Program-made: the position numbers and the translations under genes | Notes under the pieces: model-generated | What the model was told of the DNA's origin: nothing | The model's input: the letters and a program-made list of their open reading frames with translations, nothing else | Databases searched by the model: none | In this document: in pieces, positions 1 through 8,546 of the stretch | Layout: each line of letters opens with the position of its first letter | Numbering within the stretch: the first letter of the stretch is position 1 | Virus record (IMG/VR): IMGVR_UViG_3300025014_000209 | Origin: a virus | DNA length: 26,263 bases | Reading direction: 5' to 3' (one strand)

Positions 1-62
1 GAATTAATGTCTAATTCTTGTGTTAAATCTAATTTCAATCTAGTTTCTATCGTATTAATCAT
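1..62 (-). CDS. Partial CDS (5' end only, MINTIETRLKLDLTQELDINS...), runs off the window start
   Basis: ATG at 62-60 on the minus strand, followed by an open frame to position 1. Only about 20 codons are visible. Confidence 0.35.
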   Translation of the reverse strand, partial: MINTIETRLKLDLTQELDIN

Positions 63-208
63 ATGATTTAGACTAACAATTAATGAAAATTTGTCAAATT
101 TTTCAACAAGATTTCAGAGGGGCTTGTCAAAATTGGGGCTTTTTCTATTAAATATTTAATTTATTCATTCTTTTTTTATATTTAAAATCAAAAAATAAAT
201 GCTTTCCA

Positions 209-217
209 TGCTATAAT
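209..217 (+). promoter_or_regulatory. Extended -10 promoter (TGcTATAAT) for the 250..1736 operon
   Basis: TG-N-TATAAT lies about 30 nt upstream of the ATG at 250. Confidence 0.5.
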
Positions 218-249
218 AACACCATGTTAAACTTACTTAAACAAACCAA

Positions 250-894
250 ATGAGTATCTTAAAAATAAAAAAATTCCTCCTTTCTAACAAGAATATTATT
301 GGTTGTGATCTTGCATCAATTGTTCTTGTTCTTGTTCTTGCTTTTGTTGGAGTCATTAAAACATTATGGCTTCCGATTGCAATTATGAGTTATATTTTTG
401 GTTATATTGCAATTCCAGCAGAAAAAGAAATTAATTTTTTTCACATTAAAGGTGAAAACCTTAATGATTACATTGGATTTGTTTCTAAAATGCAAAAGAC
501 AGTTAATGAATCTAATAAACTTCCTAATGAGGCTAAATCTATTTTTTCTAGTATTTCTAAAAATGCAATTGAACTTCTAACATTTCTACAAAAAGACAAT
601 CAAAATTATAGCTTTAATGAAGACATGCGTAATCTAACTTCAATCTTTGATGCCTATCTTCCAAAAATAATTAATCAATATGAGCGATTTCCATCCTCTT
701 ATGCAAATGATGTTAAAGCCTCTAATGGAAAGACAGCTAAGACAATGTTAATTGAACAGTTAGAAATTTTGGAAAAACAAGTTCAAGAAATTTCTTATGG
801 TATGTATGAAAATGACATGACTGCACTAAAGGCTAATGGTTACTTTCTTAAATCAAAATTTTCTCAAAATAATTTGTTTGAGATTAATTCTTGA
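250..894 (+). CDS. Membrane-anchored XpaC-like (5-bromo-4-chloroindolyl phosphate hydrolysis family-like) protein
   Basis: Two N-terminal hydrophobic helices, then YLPKIINQY...GKTAKTMLIEQLEILEKQV...D..AL...GYFLKSKF, a pattern recalled for this family. Confidence 0.6.
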   Translation: MSILKIKKFLLSNKNIIGCDLASIVLVLVLAFVGVIKTLWLPIAIMSYIFGYIAIPAEKEINFFHIKGENLNDYIGFVSKMQKTVNESNKLPNEAKSIFSSISKNAIELLTFLQKDNQNYSFNEDMRNLTSIFDAYLPKIINQYERFPSSYANDVKASNGKTAKTMLIEQLEILEKQVQEISYGMYENDMTALKANGYFLKSKFSQNNLFEINS

Positions 895-1736
895 TTAATT
901 TAAAATATAATGGCAACAATGAAGTTGTCATTATTCAAAATAATAATGTTATTTTCCAAATAACATCCAATCATATTGATGATTCTATTTGTGAAGCAAT
1001 TAAATATGCTTTAAATTCTAATTTTCTTATTTTAAAATTTTCTTGTTTCCCTAAGCAAATAACAAAAATATTAGACATTTGTTATGGTAAAAGTTTTGAA
1101 AACAAGTTTAAATATGCGACATTGAATATTGAAAAATTTATTCAATTTATGATTGAAAAATTTTATAACGAAAAACAAACAATTAAAAAACTTGTTTCTC
1201 TATTGAGTCCTATTCAAAAAATTGAACATGACCAATCTCTTTCTATCAAGTTAAACCCACCTTATATCATTACACAATATATGAAAATTGGTGCAAACAT
1301 TTTGAAATCAGATAAATTTATTAAGCCTGATGTTTCCTTTTTTACTGATGCATCAGTAAGTTCTAAAACTTATTTAGCTGGATATGGTGTCTCTGGCCAC
1401 AATGTTGTTGCTAGCTTTAGAAAAAAAGACTCTACCAATGATAATAATATTGCAGAACTTAAAGCCATTAGTATGGCTATTTATCTTGCAAAAGATATGA
1501 ATGTATCATCTCTTGAGATATTCACGGATTCAGATCCGTCTATTATGTTACTTAAAAAGTATAAAATTAATCCACAAAATGTAAAAAATGAATTTAAAAA
1601 CATTTTGGAAGAAATTTCTAACAATTTAGAACTATTTGAATTTTATCAAATTGCCTGGATTCCTAGACAAAAAAATAAATTTGCTGACTATATGTCAAAA
1701 GAAAACTTTCCAACTAATTTTCTTAACCTTGTTTGA
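891..1736 (+). CDS. RNase HI-like domain protein with an unknown ~145-aa N-terminal domain
   Basis: FFTDAS (D1), NNIAELKAI (E), IFTDSD (D2) and WIPRQKNKFAD (D3) give the full RNase H DEDD motif set. The TTG start overlaps the previous stop (TTGA). Confidence 0.85.
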   Translation: MINLKYNGNNEVVIIQNNNVIFQITSNHIDDSICEAIKYALNSNFLILKFSCFPKQITKILDICYGKSFENKFKYATLNIEKFIQFMIEKFYNEKQTIKKLVSLLSPIQKIEHDQSLSIKLNPPYIITQYMKIGANILKSDKFIKPDVSFFTDASVSSKTYLAGYGVSGHNVVASFRKKDSTNDNNIAELKAISMAIYLAKDMNVSSLEIFTDSDPSIMLLKKYKINPQNVKNEFKNILEEISNNLELFEFYQIAWIPRQKNKFADYMSKENFPTNFLNLV

Positions 1737-2985
1737 TTTTATGCTTTGAACTCTCTTTATTTGTATCTCTTAATTTATTTAAAAAATCACCAATATCAGG
1801 TTTTTGCTTTATTTCAATTGCAACCTTTGTAGCATTACTTGATTCAGAAGTTAAATTTGTTTTTAAATGTAAAAAATCTATTTTCTGTTTATTTATATTT
1901 TTCAATGAATTTGTTAATCCATCTTTCTTACCAATTTGAACACCTAAATAATCTTGATTAACAAATGTTTGTGCAATCAATTTGGCTCTTTCATCTAGAA
2001 CCATTTCATTACCATCTTTCCTATAGTAGAAAGTTAATTCTTTAGCTATTGTTTTTAATTCTGCCATACCTGGATTTTTATTTTTAGCATAAACACTAGA
2101 TGCTATACGAATAGCTTTTTTATATTGAGATAAAGCATCATAACCAGCTTTATAAGCAGCATAAGTTAAAACTTCTTGTTGGTGTTTACCCATTTTATCA
2201 AACACCCCTTCAAACGATAACCTAGCTTGTTCTTTATATTCAGCTTGTGTTCTTTTTAGTAAAGCAACACCCTGTTTAATCGTAATTAATTGCTTATCTT
2301 CTGAAGCTAATCCTTTATTAAACTCTTTTATTCCAAAATTTAATTTATTTTGAGGTAATTTTGCAATATCAAGAATTTTTTGAATTTTTTCATGAGATAA
2401 GCCAATAGCAGATAAGTCATTCACCACAACAATTGTTGAACTTCCAATTCTTTTCGATATATTGTAACCAAAACCAATATTTAGTCCAGTTGCTGGATCC
2501 TTATGTAAATCTCCACGAAAACCTTCCATTTCAGCAGCAAGAGCAATAAAATTATTTTTACCTAAAAAAGCTTTTGAAACATCTCTTTGATTTTCAATAT
2601 CTGTAAAATTAATATTTACATGTTCTTTTTTTAAAATATTTAATGCACTCTCAAATCCATTATTTTCAACAACAGATTTATTATTTGTAGAACTTACTAA
2701 TAATTTTTCAGCATTAATATCTATTAGTTTCCCAACACTAAGATTACTTAAAAGAGTAGTATCTTTTAATTCAGCTAAATCTGCCGAACTAAATGCCCCA
2801 AAGCCTGCCAAACCTGCTATTAAACCAGTTGCCATTCCAGTTGCCATTCCAAATTTAAATTTAGATACGGCTCTTGAATACCAAGGCTTAACCCCAACAT
2901 AGGATATTTCATGACTTTCACTGCCATAAACCAAGCTCTTGGCTTCCTCTAATAGTTTGTTATTTTTCGTCAATTTAGCCACCAA
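1723..2985 (-). CDS. Lysozyme-fold (GH24/T4L-like) putative muramidase with a Gly/Ala-rich hydrophobic N-terminal segment
   Basis: EMEGFRGDLHKDPATGLNIGFGYN matches the E-x8-D...IGxG lysozyme motif. The hydrophobic segment is GMATGMATGLIAGLAGFGAFSSA. Confidence 0.6.
   Translation of the reverse strand: MVAKLTKNNKLLEEAKSLVYGSESHEISYVGVKPWYSRAVSKFKFGMATGMATGLIAGLAGFGAFSSADLAELKDTTLLSNLSVGKLIDINAEKLLVSSTNNKSVVENNGFESALNILKKEHVNINFTDIENQRDVSKAFLGKNNFIALAAEMEGFRGDLHKDPATGLNIGFGYNISKRIGSSTIVVVNDLSAIGLSHEKIQKILDIAKLPQNKLNFGIKEFNKGLASEDKQLITIKQGVALLKRTQAEYKEQARLSFEGVFDKMGKHQQEVLTYAAYKAGYDALSQYKKAIRIASSVYAKNKNPGMAELKTIAKELTFYYRKDGNEMVLDERAKLIAQTFVNQDYLGVQIGKKDGLTNSLKNINKQKIDFLHLKTNLTSESSNATKVAIEIKQKPDIGDFLNKLRDTNKESSKHKIKQG
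2825..2850 (-). repeat. 12-bp in-frame tandem duplication (GMAT-GMAT) in the lysozyme-like gene
   Basis: CCAGTTGCCATT occurs twice in tandem on the + strand. Confidence 0.8.
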
Positions 2986-3325
2986 ATCTTATTTTTCTTT
3001 TCCCTTCTATACTTACATGTAAAACTGCACATACTTCTGATATTTCGTTTGTATCTTCAGATAATCCAGCTATTAAAATTCTTTTATCTCTTATTTCCTG
3101 TAAGTTTTGATTATCTAAATCCTTAAAAACAATCAACTCTTTACCATTCTCATTTGTTATAACTAAATCATACATTGAATTATTTTTTTCTTTAGCAAAT
3201 ACATAAACAGATTCTAGGTCAACAAGCTTGTTAGAATCTGCTAAAGAATAAGTTATTGCAACAGATTCCGCTTCTTTTTTATTTACTATTTCATAATTTT
3301 CTATAATTGATAAAGATGTTTCCAT
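2975..3325 (-). CDS. Hypothetical protein, overlapping and probably co-transcribed with the lysozyme-like gene
   Basis: 116-aa ORF with ATG start and an 11-nt overlap with the downstream gene. Confidence 0.75.
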   Translation of the reverse strand: METSLSIIENYEIVNKKEAESVAITYSLADSNKLVDLESVYVFAKEKNNSMYDLVITNENGKELIVFKDLDNQNLQEIRDKRILIAGLSEDTNEISEVCAVLHVSIEGKRKIRFGG

Positions 3326-3430
3326 ATTTTTCCATATTAGTTGGTCTTACTCTATACTAAAGAAATTAAATTAATAATCAATCTATTATATATATTTATA
3401 TTAATAAATAATGAGGTTAATGTTTATTTT

Positions 3431-4201
3431 TTAAACTTCTAAACAAAACTTAGGATTAAAACTTTCATTTTCTTGCTTATATTCATATTTTGAATATCCA
3501 CGTGGATTACATATCACTCTTGATTTATTAATTAAATAATCAAAAGAATCATGAGTATGACCATGAATCCAAAAATCTGACAGATTAATTAATTCATCTA
3601 AATCATTCGCAAAAGCTGGATTTAATTGGTTTCCTAAATATTTTTCATGCACACTTTTTAAACTTGGTGAATGATGAGATATTACAACCTTTTTTAAATT
3701 TTTATTTTCAATTAATTTATTCTTAATATAACTTTGAGCAACAATGCTTAAAGATGCACAATTGCTTGGTTGAAACCACCAATGAGCATACCTTATTTGT
3801 GAAAAATCATTAATTCCATTCATTGCTTTATTCATATAGAATCCAATTTGTTCTAACTTATCACCATAAAGTCTAAAATCTGTCCAAAGAGTAGACCCAA
3901 TAAAAACAACATCTTCTATTTGCACAGTATCGTTATCTAGGATAATAATACCTAAACTTTTAGAATATTGTTTTAATTCAACACTTAATCTAGAAAGATG
4001 ATGACCATAAAACTCATGATTACCAGGCACATAAATTATATGCTTATAATCTTTTTTATATTGAGATGCATACGTTAATCCAGTTAATCCATTTCCAATA
4101 TCACCAGCCAATATTAACACATCAGCATCTTGAACAGGAAGTGGGTAATTTGAATATTCTATATGTAAATCAGAGACAATATGTAATTTCATTTTTTTCA
4201 C
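3431..4201 (-). CDS. Calcineurin-like metallophosphoesterase
   Basis: SDLH, AGDIG, PGNHE, SHH, HGHTH and NPRGY motifs, all in the canonical order. Confidence 0.92.
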   Translation of the reverse strand: MKKMKLHIVSDLHIEYSNYPLPVQDADVLILAGDIGNGLTGLTYASQYKKDYKHIIYVPGNHEFYGHHLSRLSVELKQYSKSLGIIILDNDTVQIEDVVFIGSTLWTDFRLYGDKLEQIGFYMNKAMNGINDFSQIRYAHWWFQPSNCASLSIVAQSYIKNKLIENKNLKKVVISHHSPSLKSVHEKYLGNQLNPAFANDLDELINLSDFWIHGHTHDSFDYLINKSRVICNPRGYSKYEYKQENESFNPKFCLEV

Positions 4202-4254
4202 CTAATTATTTTTGTTCAACACTATAAAGAAATATCAAGATTTACTTATATATG

Positions 4255-4307
4255 TAAAGTTTTTCGACACTTGATTAAAGTTTTTCGACACTTGATTAAA
4301 GTTTTTC
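4255..4307 (+). repeat. 21-bp tandem direct repeat (TAAAGTTTTTCGACACTTGAT x2.5) in a divergent promoter region
   Basis: Two perfect copies (4255-4275, 4276-4296) plus a partial third. The second copy overlaps a TTGATT-N16-TATACT promoter candidate (4292-4319). Confidence 0.9.
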
Positions 4308-4359
4308 AAGCATTATACTATATATTGGGAGTTAAAAATATTATTATAATAAAAATAAA

Positions 4360-5130
4360 ATGGATACAAAATTAAAAGAATTAAATAAGACAAATATTCC
4401 TCAATTAACGTTACAGTATTTCAAACACCATTATACTGTAGAATTTTTTAATTCACAATTAAAATTTAATGAGGACATTGCTAAAAAGAGCTATCAATTA
4501 AGACATCAGGTATATTGTGAAGAATTAGGATTTGAATCTTCTAATTATTCTCGTTGTGAAACTGACCTTTATGATGCTAATTCGGCTGGCTGTTTAATTT
4601 CTACAAAAATATCTAAAGAACCAATTGCTAGTGTTAGATTGATTCAACAAATTGACAAAACGATTGAACTTCCATGTTTAAATTCTTTCCGAAGAGAACA
4701 TCCCGAAGAATATAATGCTGTTCAATCAAATATTGAAACTAACAATTATGCAGAAATATCTAGACTTCTTATTTTAAATGATTTTCGTAGTAAGTCTTCA
4801 AATAATGATCATAATCCATTAACAACCAACTATTTATTATTAAGTCTATTTGCTTCCACGATGATTTTATCAGAGAATCTTGATTCCATGTTGTTTATGT
4901 GTGAAACAAAAATGCTTGCTCTCTTTAAAAAAATTGGATTCCCATTTCACTTGTTAAGTCAAAAAAGAATTCATCATAAAGGTGTTAGGGTTTTAATTAA
5001 AATAATTCCTAAAGAAGCTCTTCTTTATATGCACACAGACAATCCTCATATGAAAACAATAGTTGGATTAATTCAATATATGCAAGATGAAAAGCCACTC
5101 AAATTATTTGAATCTCTAAGCTATCATTAG
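4360..5130 (+). CDS. LuxI/FeeM-like GNAT acyltransferase (N-acyl amino acid synthase / exosortase-associated acyltransferase family)
   Basis: LRHQVYCEELGFE, ETDLYD, SVRLI and EISRL match the conserved R, E-x-D-x-x-D, R and E-x-S-R residues of this fold. Confidence 0.75.
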   Translation: MDTKLKELNKTNIPQLTLQYFKHHYTVEFFNSQLKFNEDIAKKSYQLRHQVYCEELGFESSNYSRCETDLYDANSAGCLISTKISKEPIASVRLIQQIDKTIELPCLNSFRREHPEEYNAVQSNIETNNYAEISRLLILNDFRSKSSNNDHNPLTTNYLLLSLFASTMILSENLDSMLFMCETKMLALFKKIGFPFHLLSQKRIHHKGVRVLIKIIPKEALLYMHTDNPHMKTIVGLIQYMQDEKPLKLFESLSYH

Positions 5131-5765
5131 CTTAATCGATGATTTGCCATCACCATTTGTGATTTAAGAATAAACTTAATATTTTCATAAATATATTCTT
5201 GTTCAACATGAATATGCTTAGCCTTCTTTAACATTGGGATAATGAAATCTTTTGTTTCAGTAATGTAAGAAATTTGTTTTTCTTTTGTAAAAACAGGATG
5301 CATTGTTTGGTGATTATTAATTCTATCACCCCCCTTAATTACACTTGCAATTGGACAATGTGCCATTTCTTCGAAATAAAGCTCCATCTCTTTCTTTTCT
5401 CCACGATGCTTTTTTGTTAGCAATCTAACAGCATCACTAATTTTTTTCCCAAATAATTCTTCAATTTCTTCAAAAGAAATATCATAGTCTTCTGGAACAT
5501 CATGAAGAAGTGCCGCAGCAAATGTAGCTCCAGGATACATGAGGCCAGTGTAAAGTGTTCGTAAATAATGAACAATTTCAATTTGATGTTGAAATTCTGG
5601 TGTCTTACCATCTTTTCTTAAACCAATATGAATATTTTTAGCATATTCCAATGCTTTTAGAGCTGGAATATACTGATGGTCATTTTGAGAAATTCCAATC
5701 AACCAATAACGCACTGCAATAAAAAGGCTTTGATAGCTATTGTCATTACCCATTAGTTCTTGCAT
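5127..5765 (-). CDS. RelA/SpoT-type HD domain protein (small alarmone hydrolase, Mesh1-like)
   Basis: A...H.G..RKDG..PE..H, AALLHDVPED and KGGDRINN motifs. Start moved from 5843 to the ATG at 5765, which has an AAGGGA SD-like sequence upstream. Confidence 0.85.
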   Translation of the reverse strand: MQELMGNDNSYQSLFIAVRYWLIGISQNDHQYIPALKALEYAKNIHIGLRKDGKTPEFQHQIEIVHYLRTLYTGLMYPGATFAAALLHDVPEDYDISFEEIEELFGKKISDAVRLLTKKHRGEKKEMELYFEEMAHCPIASVIKGGDRINNHQTMHPVFTKEKQISYITETKDFIIPMLKKAKHIHVEQEYIYENIKFILKSQMVMANHRLS

Positions 5766-5915
5766 TTTACATTCCCTTAAGTTAATTTCTCTCTGAGGAT
5801 TAATTATATCATATAAAACATCAATTAAAATGAATTTATCCACTTTAATTACTTGACCTAATTAACATTCCCACATAATATATATTTAAATAATCATTTT
5901 TAAAAAAGGAATTAA

Positions 5916-6608
5916 ATGAACATCCAAACACTTACTGAAGAAATTCAACATAAACTTAAACACCTGGTTTCTATTCAGCTTCCTAAACATCTTAAATCTA
6001 TTGGAGATAATACAGAGGTGGATAATGATACTGAAACATCTATTTTTATTACTAACTTAACTTTTGATGTTAGTAATAAAATTATTAAAGAAAAATTATC
6101 AAAAATGAACCCAAAGCCATTAAATTTTATTTTTCATATTGATAGAGAAAAGTATTTTGAGCAAACGGCTAAAGAATTAATGCTTCAAATTAATGAGGAA
6201 ATAATCTATTTTGATCACGATACAATTGATAAAACAAAAGAATCCTTTAGGGGTGGGAGCACTTTTGATATTACGTTTAATGGTTACTTTCTTGAAGATT
6301 ATGGATATATTGGAACTAAAAAAATTTTACAAACAGAAGAAATTACAGATATTTGGTTTCCAGCCATTCTTGCTTGTCTTAAGTTTCGTGAAGATTCAGA
6401 TACAGATGCATCTGAAACTCTAAATTTTATTAGAGATTTTGTTACTTTTGGATTTAAAAAAGCATTGGCTATGGAAAATGTTTTTATTGATTTTGAAAAA
6501 ATGAACTCAAGTCTACTTTCAGTGTCCTCTATCTCTGTTGGACAAAACACTCTTACCCCAGAACAGTTTATTGAATTTAGAAAAGAAAATAAGCTTGGTA
6601 AAAATTAA
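5916..6608 (+). CDS. Hypothetical protein
   Basis: 230-aa ORF with an AAGGA SD. No motif recognised. Confidence 0.8.
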   Translation: MNIQTLTEEIQHKLKHLVSIQLPKHLKSIGDNTEVDNDTETSIFITNLTFDVSNKIIKEKLSKMNPKPLNFIFHIDREKYFEQTAKELMLQINEEIIYFDHDTIDKTKESFRGGSTFDITFNGYFLEDYGYIGTKKILQTEEITDIWFPAILACLKFREDSDTDASETLNFIRDFVTFGFKKALAMENVFIDFEKMNSSLLSVSSISVGQNTLTPEQFIEFRKENKLGKN

Positions 6609-6651
6609 AATTTATGATTATTTAACTGAAGAATTCTAATAATAGCTTCTT

Positions 6652-7194
6652 TTATTTGTTTTCCAAATCTTGTTTAAAATTTTTATCATATTTGGAAAAC
6701 AATTTAAATAACACTTCATTTTTACTATGTTTAGTTATTAGGCTTAATTCTGCATTACTAATTTCAGATAAATAAACAATATCCATAAAATTTATTAAAT
6801 TATTTCTTCTTAGATGATTCGTAATATATCTTCCCAATATATATGATATGCCACCTAAATTATCCCAATACTCTAAGAATTTAGATGCTACAGGAATTCT
6901 TTTAAATCCCCAACTTAATACTTGAACTATAATTACATTCAACATTAACCAAGCAGTATCTATCAGCCAATGATTTACAATTAACCAAATTTGGCCTAGG
7001 TTTTTTTCTATTTTAGAAATATCATTTATGTAACTAAAAATATTTGCTCCTTCAAAATAATTGAAACTATTTTTTATCCAAATACCTAAAATTAATAAAA
7101 CAAATAATTTCAACATAATTAAAATTAATTTATATGTCATAGTAAATTGAGAAAAAGTCATAATTAATATCCTTATTATTTTTAAAAAATACAA
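6652..7194 (-). CDS. Hypothetical membrane protein (start uncertain, possibly 7161)
   Basis: 180-aa ORF with 2-3 hydrophobic stretches. Confidence 0.65.
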   Translation of the reverse strand: MYFLKIIRILIMTFSQFTMTYKLILIMLKLFVLLILGIWIKNSFNYFEGANIFSYINDISKIEKNLGQIWLIVNHWLIDTAWLMLNVIIVQVLSWGFKRIPVASKFLEYWDNLGGISYILGRYITNHLRRNNLINFMDIVYLSEISNAELSLITKHSKNEVLFKLFSKYDKNFKQDLENK

Positions 7195-7212
7195 ATAAAT
7201 CTGTTAAAAAGC

Positions 7213-7247
7213 AACACACTTAGTTGATTATTAAAACTAAGTGTGTT
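7213..7247. promoter_or_regulatory. 35-bp palindromic operator (candidate NrtR site) over the nadD-nrtR promoter
   Basis: AACACACTTAGTT-N9-AACTAAGTGTGTT, with perfect 13-bp arms. Nearly identical to 9054..9088. Confidence 0.8.
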
Positions 7248-7252
7248 ATAAT
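7224..7252 (+). promoter_or_regulatory. sigma70 promoter for nadD-nrtR
   Basis: TTGATT-N17-TATAAT, also with an extended -10 TG. Confidence 0.75.
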
Positions 7253-7273
7253 ATTATAATAATTAGGAGATTT

Positions 7274-7795
7274 ATGAGAAATATTGGTTTATTCGGTCTA
7301 ACAGGAAACCCCCCACATATTGGGCACCTTAGGGCTGTTGAAGATGCACTATTATCTTGTGAGCGTGTTTTTGTTACTCCCGTTTTTATTCATCCCTTTA
7401 ACAAGGAGTTTATTGAATATGAGCAACGCCTTAAAATGATTACCATGTTATTTCAGCATTTAAAATCGGTTGACATTATTGAACTAGATAAAAAATTTTA
7501 TATGGAAAAACAACAAATTCCATACAGTTATGATTTGCTTACTTATATTAAACAAGAAAAATCAATTGATGCAAAATTGATTATTGGTGAAGATAATTAT
7601 AAAAAAGAAATTTGGGAAAAGTTTTATTCTTATGATAAAATAGATAATGAATTTGGTGTTATTGTTATCAAAGATTCAGGAGAACACAGCACACAAATTA
7701 GAGACTTTTGCAAAAACAAAGATTGGATTAATGTTGAAAAATGTTGTAGTCCACTAGTTACAGCACATATTCGTGACAATTTACTTTATATTTGA
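7274..7795 (+). CDS. nadD: Nicotinate/nicotinamide mononucleotide adenylyltransferase (NadD-like)
   Basis: GLFGLTGNPPHIGH (HIGH motif), PFNK, R..M and LIIGEDN motifs. The ATG at 7274 has an AGGAG SD, so it is preferred over the track start at 7241. Confidence 0.85.
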   Translation: MRNIGLFGLTGNPPHIGHLRAVEDALLSCERVFVTPVFIHPFNKEFIEYEQRLKMITMLFQHLKSVDIIELDKKFYMEKQQIPYSYDLLTYIKQEKSIDAKLIIGEDNYKKEIWEKFYSYDKIDNEFGVIVIKDSGEHSTQIRDFCKNKDWINVEKCCSPLVTAHIRDNLLYI

Positions 7796-7807
7796 TTGGA
7801 GTTATTC

Positions 7808-8494
7808 ATGCCTAAATTTAAACCAGAAATTCAAAAATTCATTTTTCCAGTTAGTGTCGATCCTGTTATTTTTTCCATTATTGACAATCAACTCCATGTT
7901 CTTCTTGTTAAACGAACACACGGAGTTTTTAATGGGAAATATTCTCTTCCTGGTGGGTTAGTTAGCCAAGAAGATACTAGTCTTGAAAATGCTACTGCTC
8001 GTGTCCTTTCGGAAAAGACTGGTGCTAAAGTTAATTATGTTGAACAATTATTTACTAGAAGTGGTCATGACCCTCGTGGTCCAACTATCTCTATTGCTTA
8101 TATTGCTTTAGTTGATAAGCAAAGTGTTGTCTCTAATGCTGTTTGGAAGCCAATTAGTGAAATTAAAAATACTTCTCTTGCATTTGATCATAATCATATT
8201 ATTGACTTAGCAGTTAAGAGATTAACTGACAAAGTTAATTACTCAACACTTCCAATGCACTTTTTACCACACCCATTTACACTTCCAAAACTACAACAAG
8301 TTTATGAAATTATTCTTGGTGAACCTCTTGATAAAAGTACATTCAGAAAGAAAATTGATGAAACTGGTGTGCTTTTTGAAACTGGCGAACAAATTAAAGA
8401 AGGAGCTTATCGCCCGGCTAAACTTTATTCGTTAGTTAATGATATTGTATTTAATTTTGATAGCAATATTTTAAAATCTTCACCAAAACCTTAA
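7808..8494 (+). CDS. nrtR: Nudix-related transcriptional regulator (degenerate Nudix domain plus wHTH)
   Basis: SVDPVIF..LLVKR, a degenerate Nudix box (LPGGLV...RVLSEKTG), DPRG, LAFDH..II..A..RL, and a C-terminal FTL..LQ.VYE.ILG..LDKSTFRKK...YRPAKLY. The ATG at 7808 has a GGAG SD. Confidence 0.9.
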   Translation: MPKFKPEIQKFIFPVSVDPVIFSIIDNQLHVLLVKRTHGVFNGKYSLPGGLVSQEDTSLENATARVLSEKTGAKVNYVEQLFTRSGHDPRGPTISIAYIALVDKQSVVSNAVWKPISEIKNTSLAFDHNHIIDLAVKRLTDKVNYSTLPMHFLPHPFTLPKLQQVYEIILGEPLDKSTFRKKIDETGVLFETGEQIKEGAYRPAKLYSLVNDIVFNFDSNILKSSPKP

Positions 8495-8511
8495 TTTTTA
8501 ATACATTAACC

Positions 8512-8520
8512 TGTTATAAT
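8512..8520 (+). promoter_or_regulatory. Extended -10 promoter (TGtTATAAT) for the two small genes at 8561 and 8826
   Basis: TG-N-TATAAT lies about 40 nt upstream of the ATG at 8561. Confidence 0.5.
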
Positions 8521-8546
8521 TCTTTTAAAACATAATATACAAAACT

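Noticed and set aside
891-1736. Retron, retroelement or transposase interpretation of the RNase H gene
   Set aside because: There is no reverse transcriptase, msr-msd-like structure or terminal repeats, and the motifs are RNase HI-type rather than DDE transposase.
4255-4307. 21-bp repeats as a mini CRISPR array
   Set aside because: The units are directly adjacent with no spacers, and no cas genes are present.
4360-5130. Calling the acyltransferase a bona fide luxI
   Set aside because: The LuxI Trp is not evident, the overall pattern fits the FeeM/exosortase-associated branch better, and there is no luxR neighbour.
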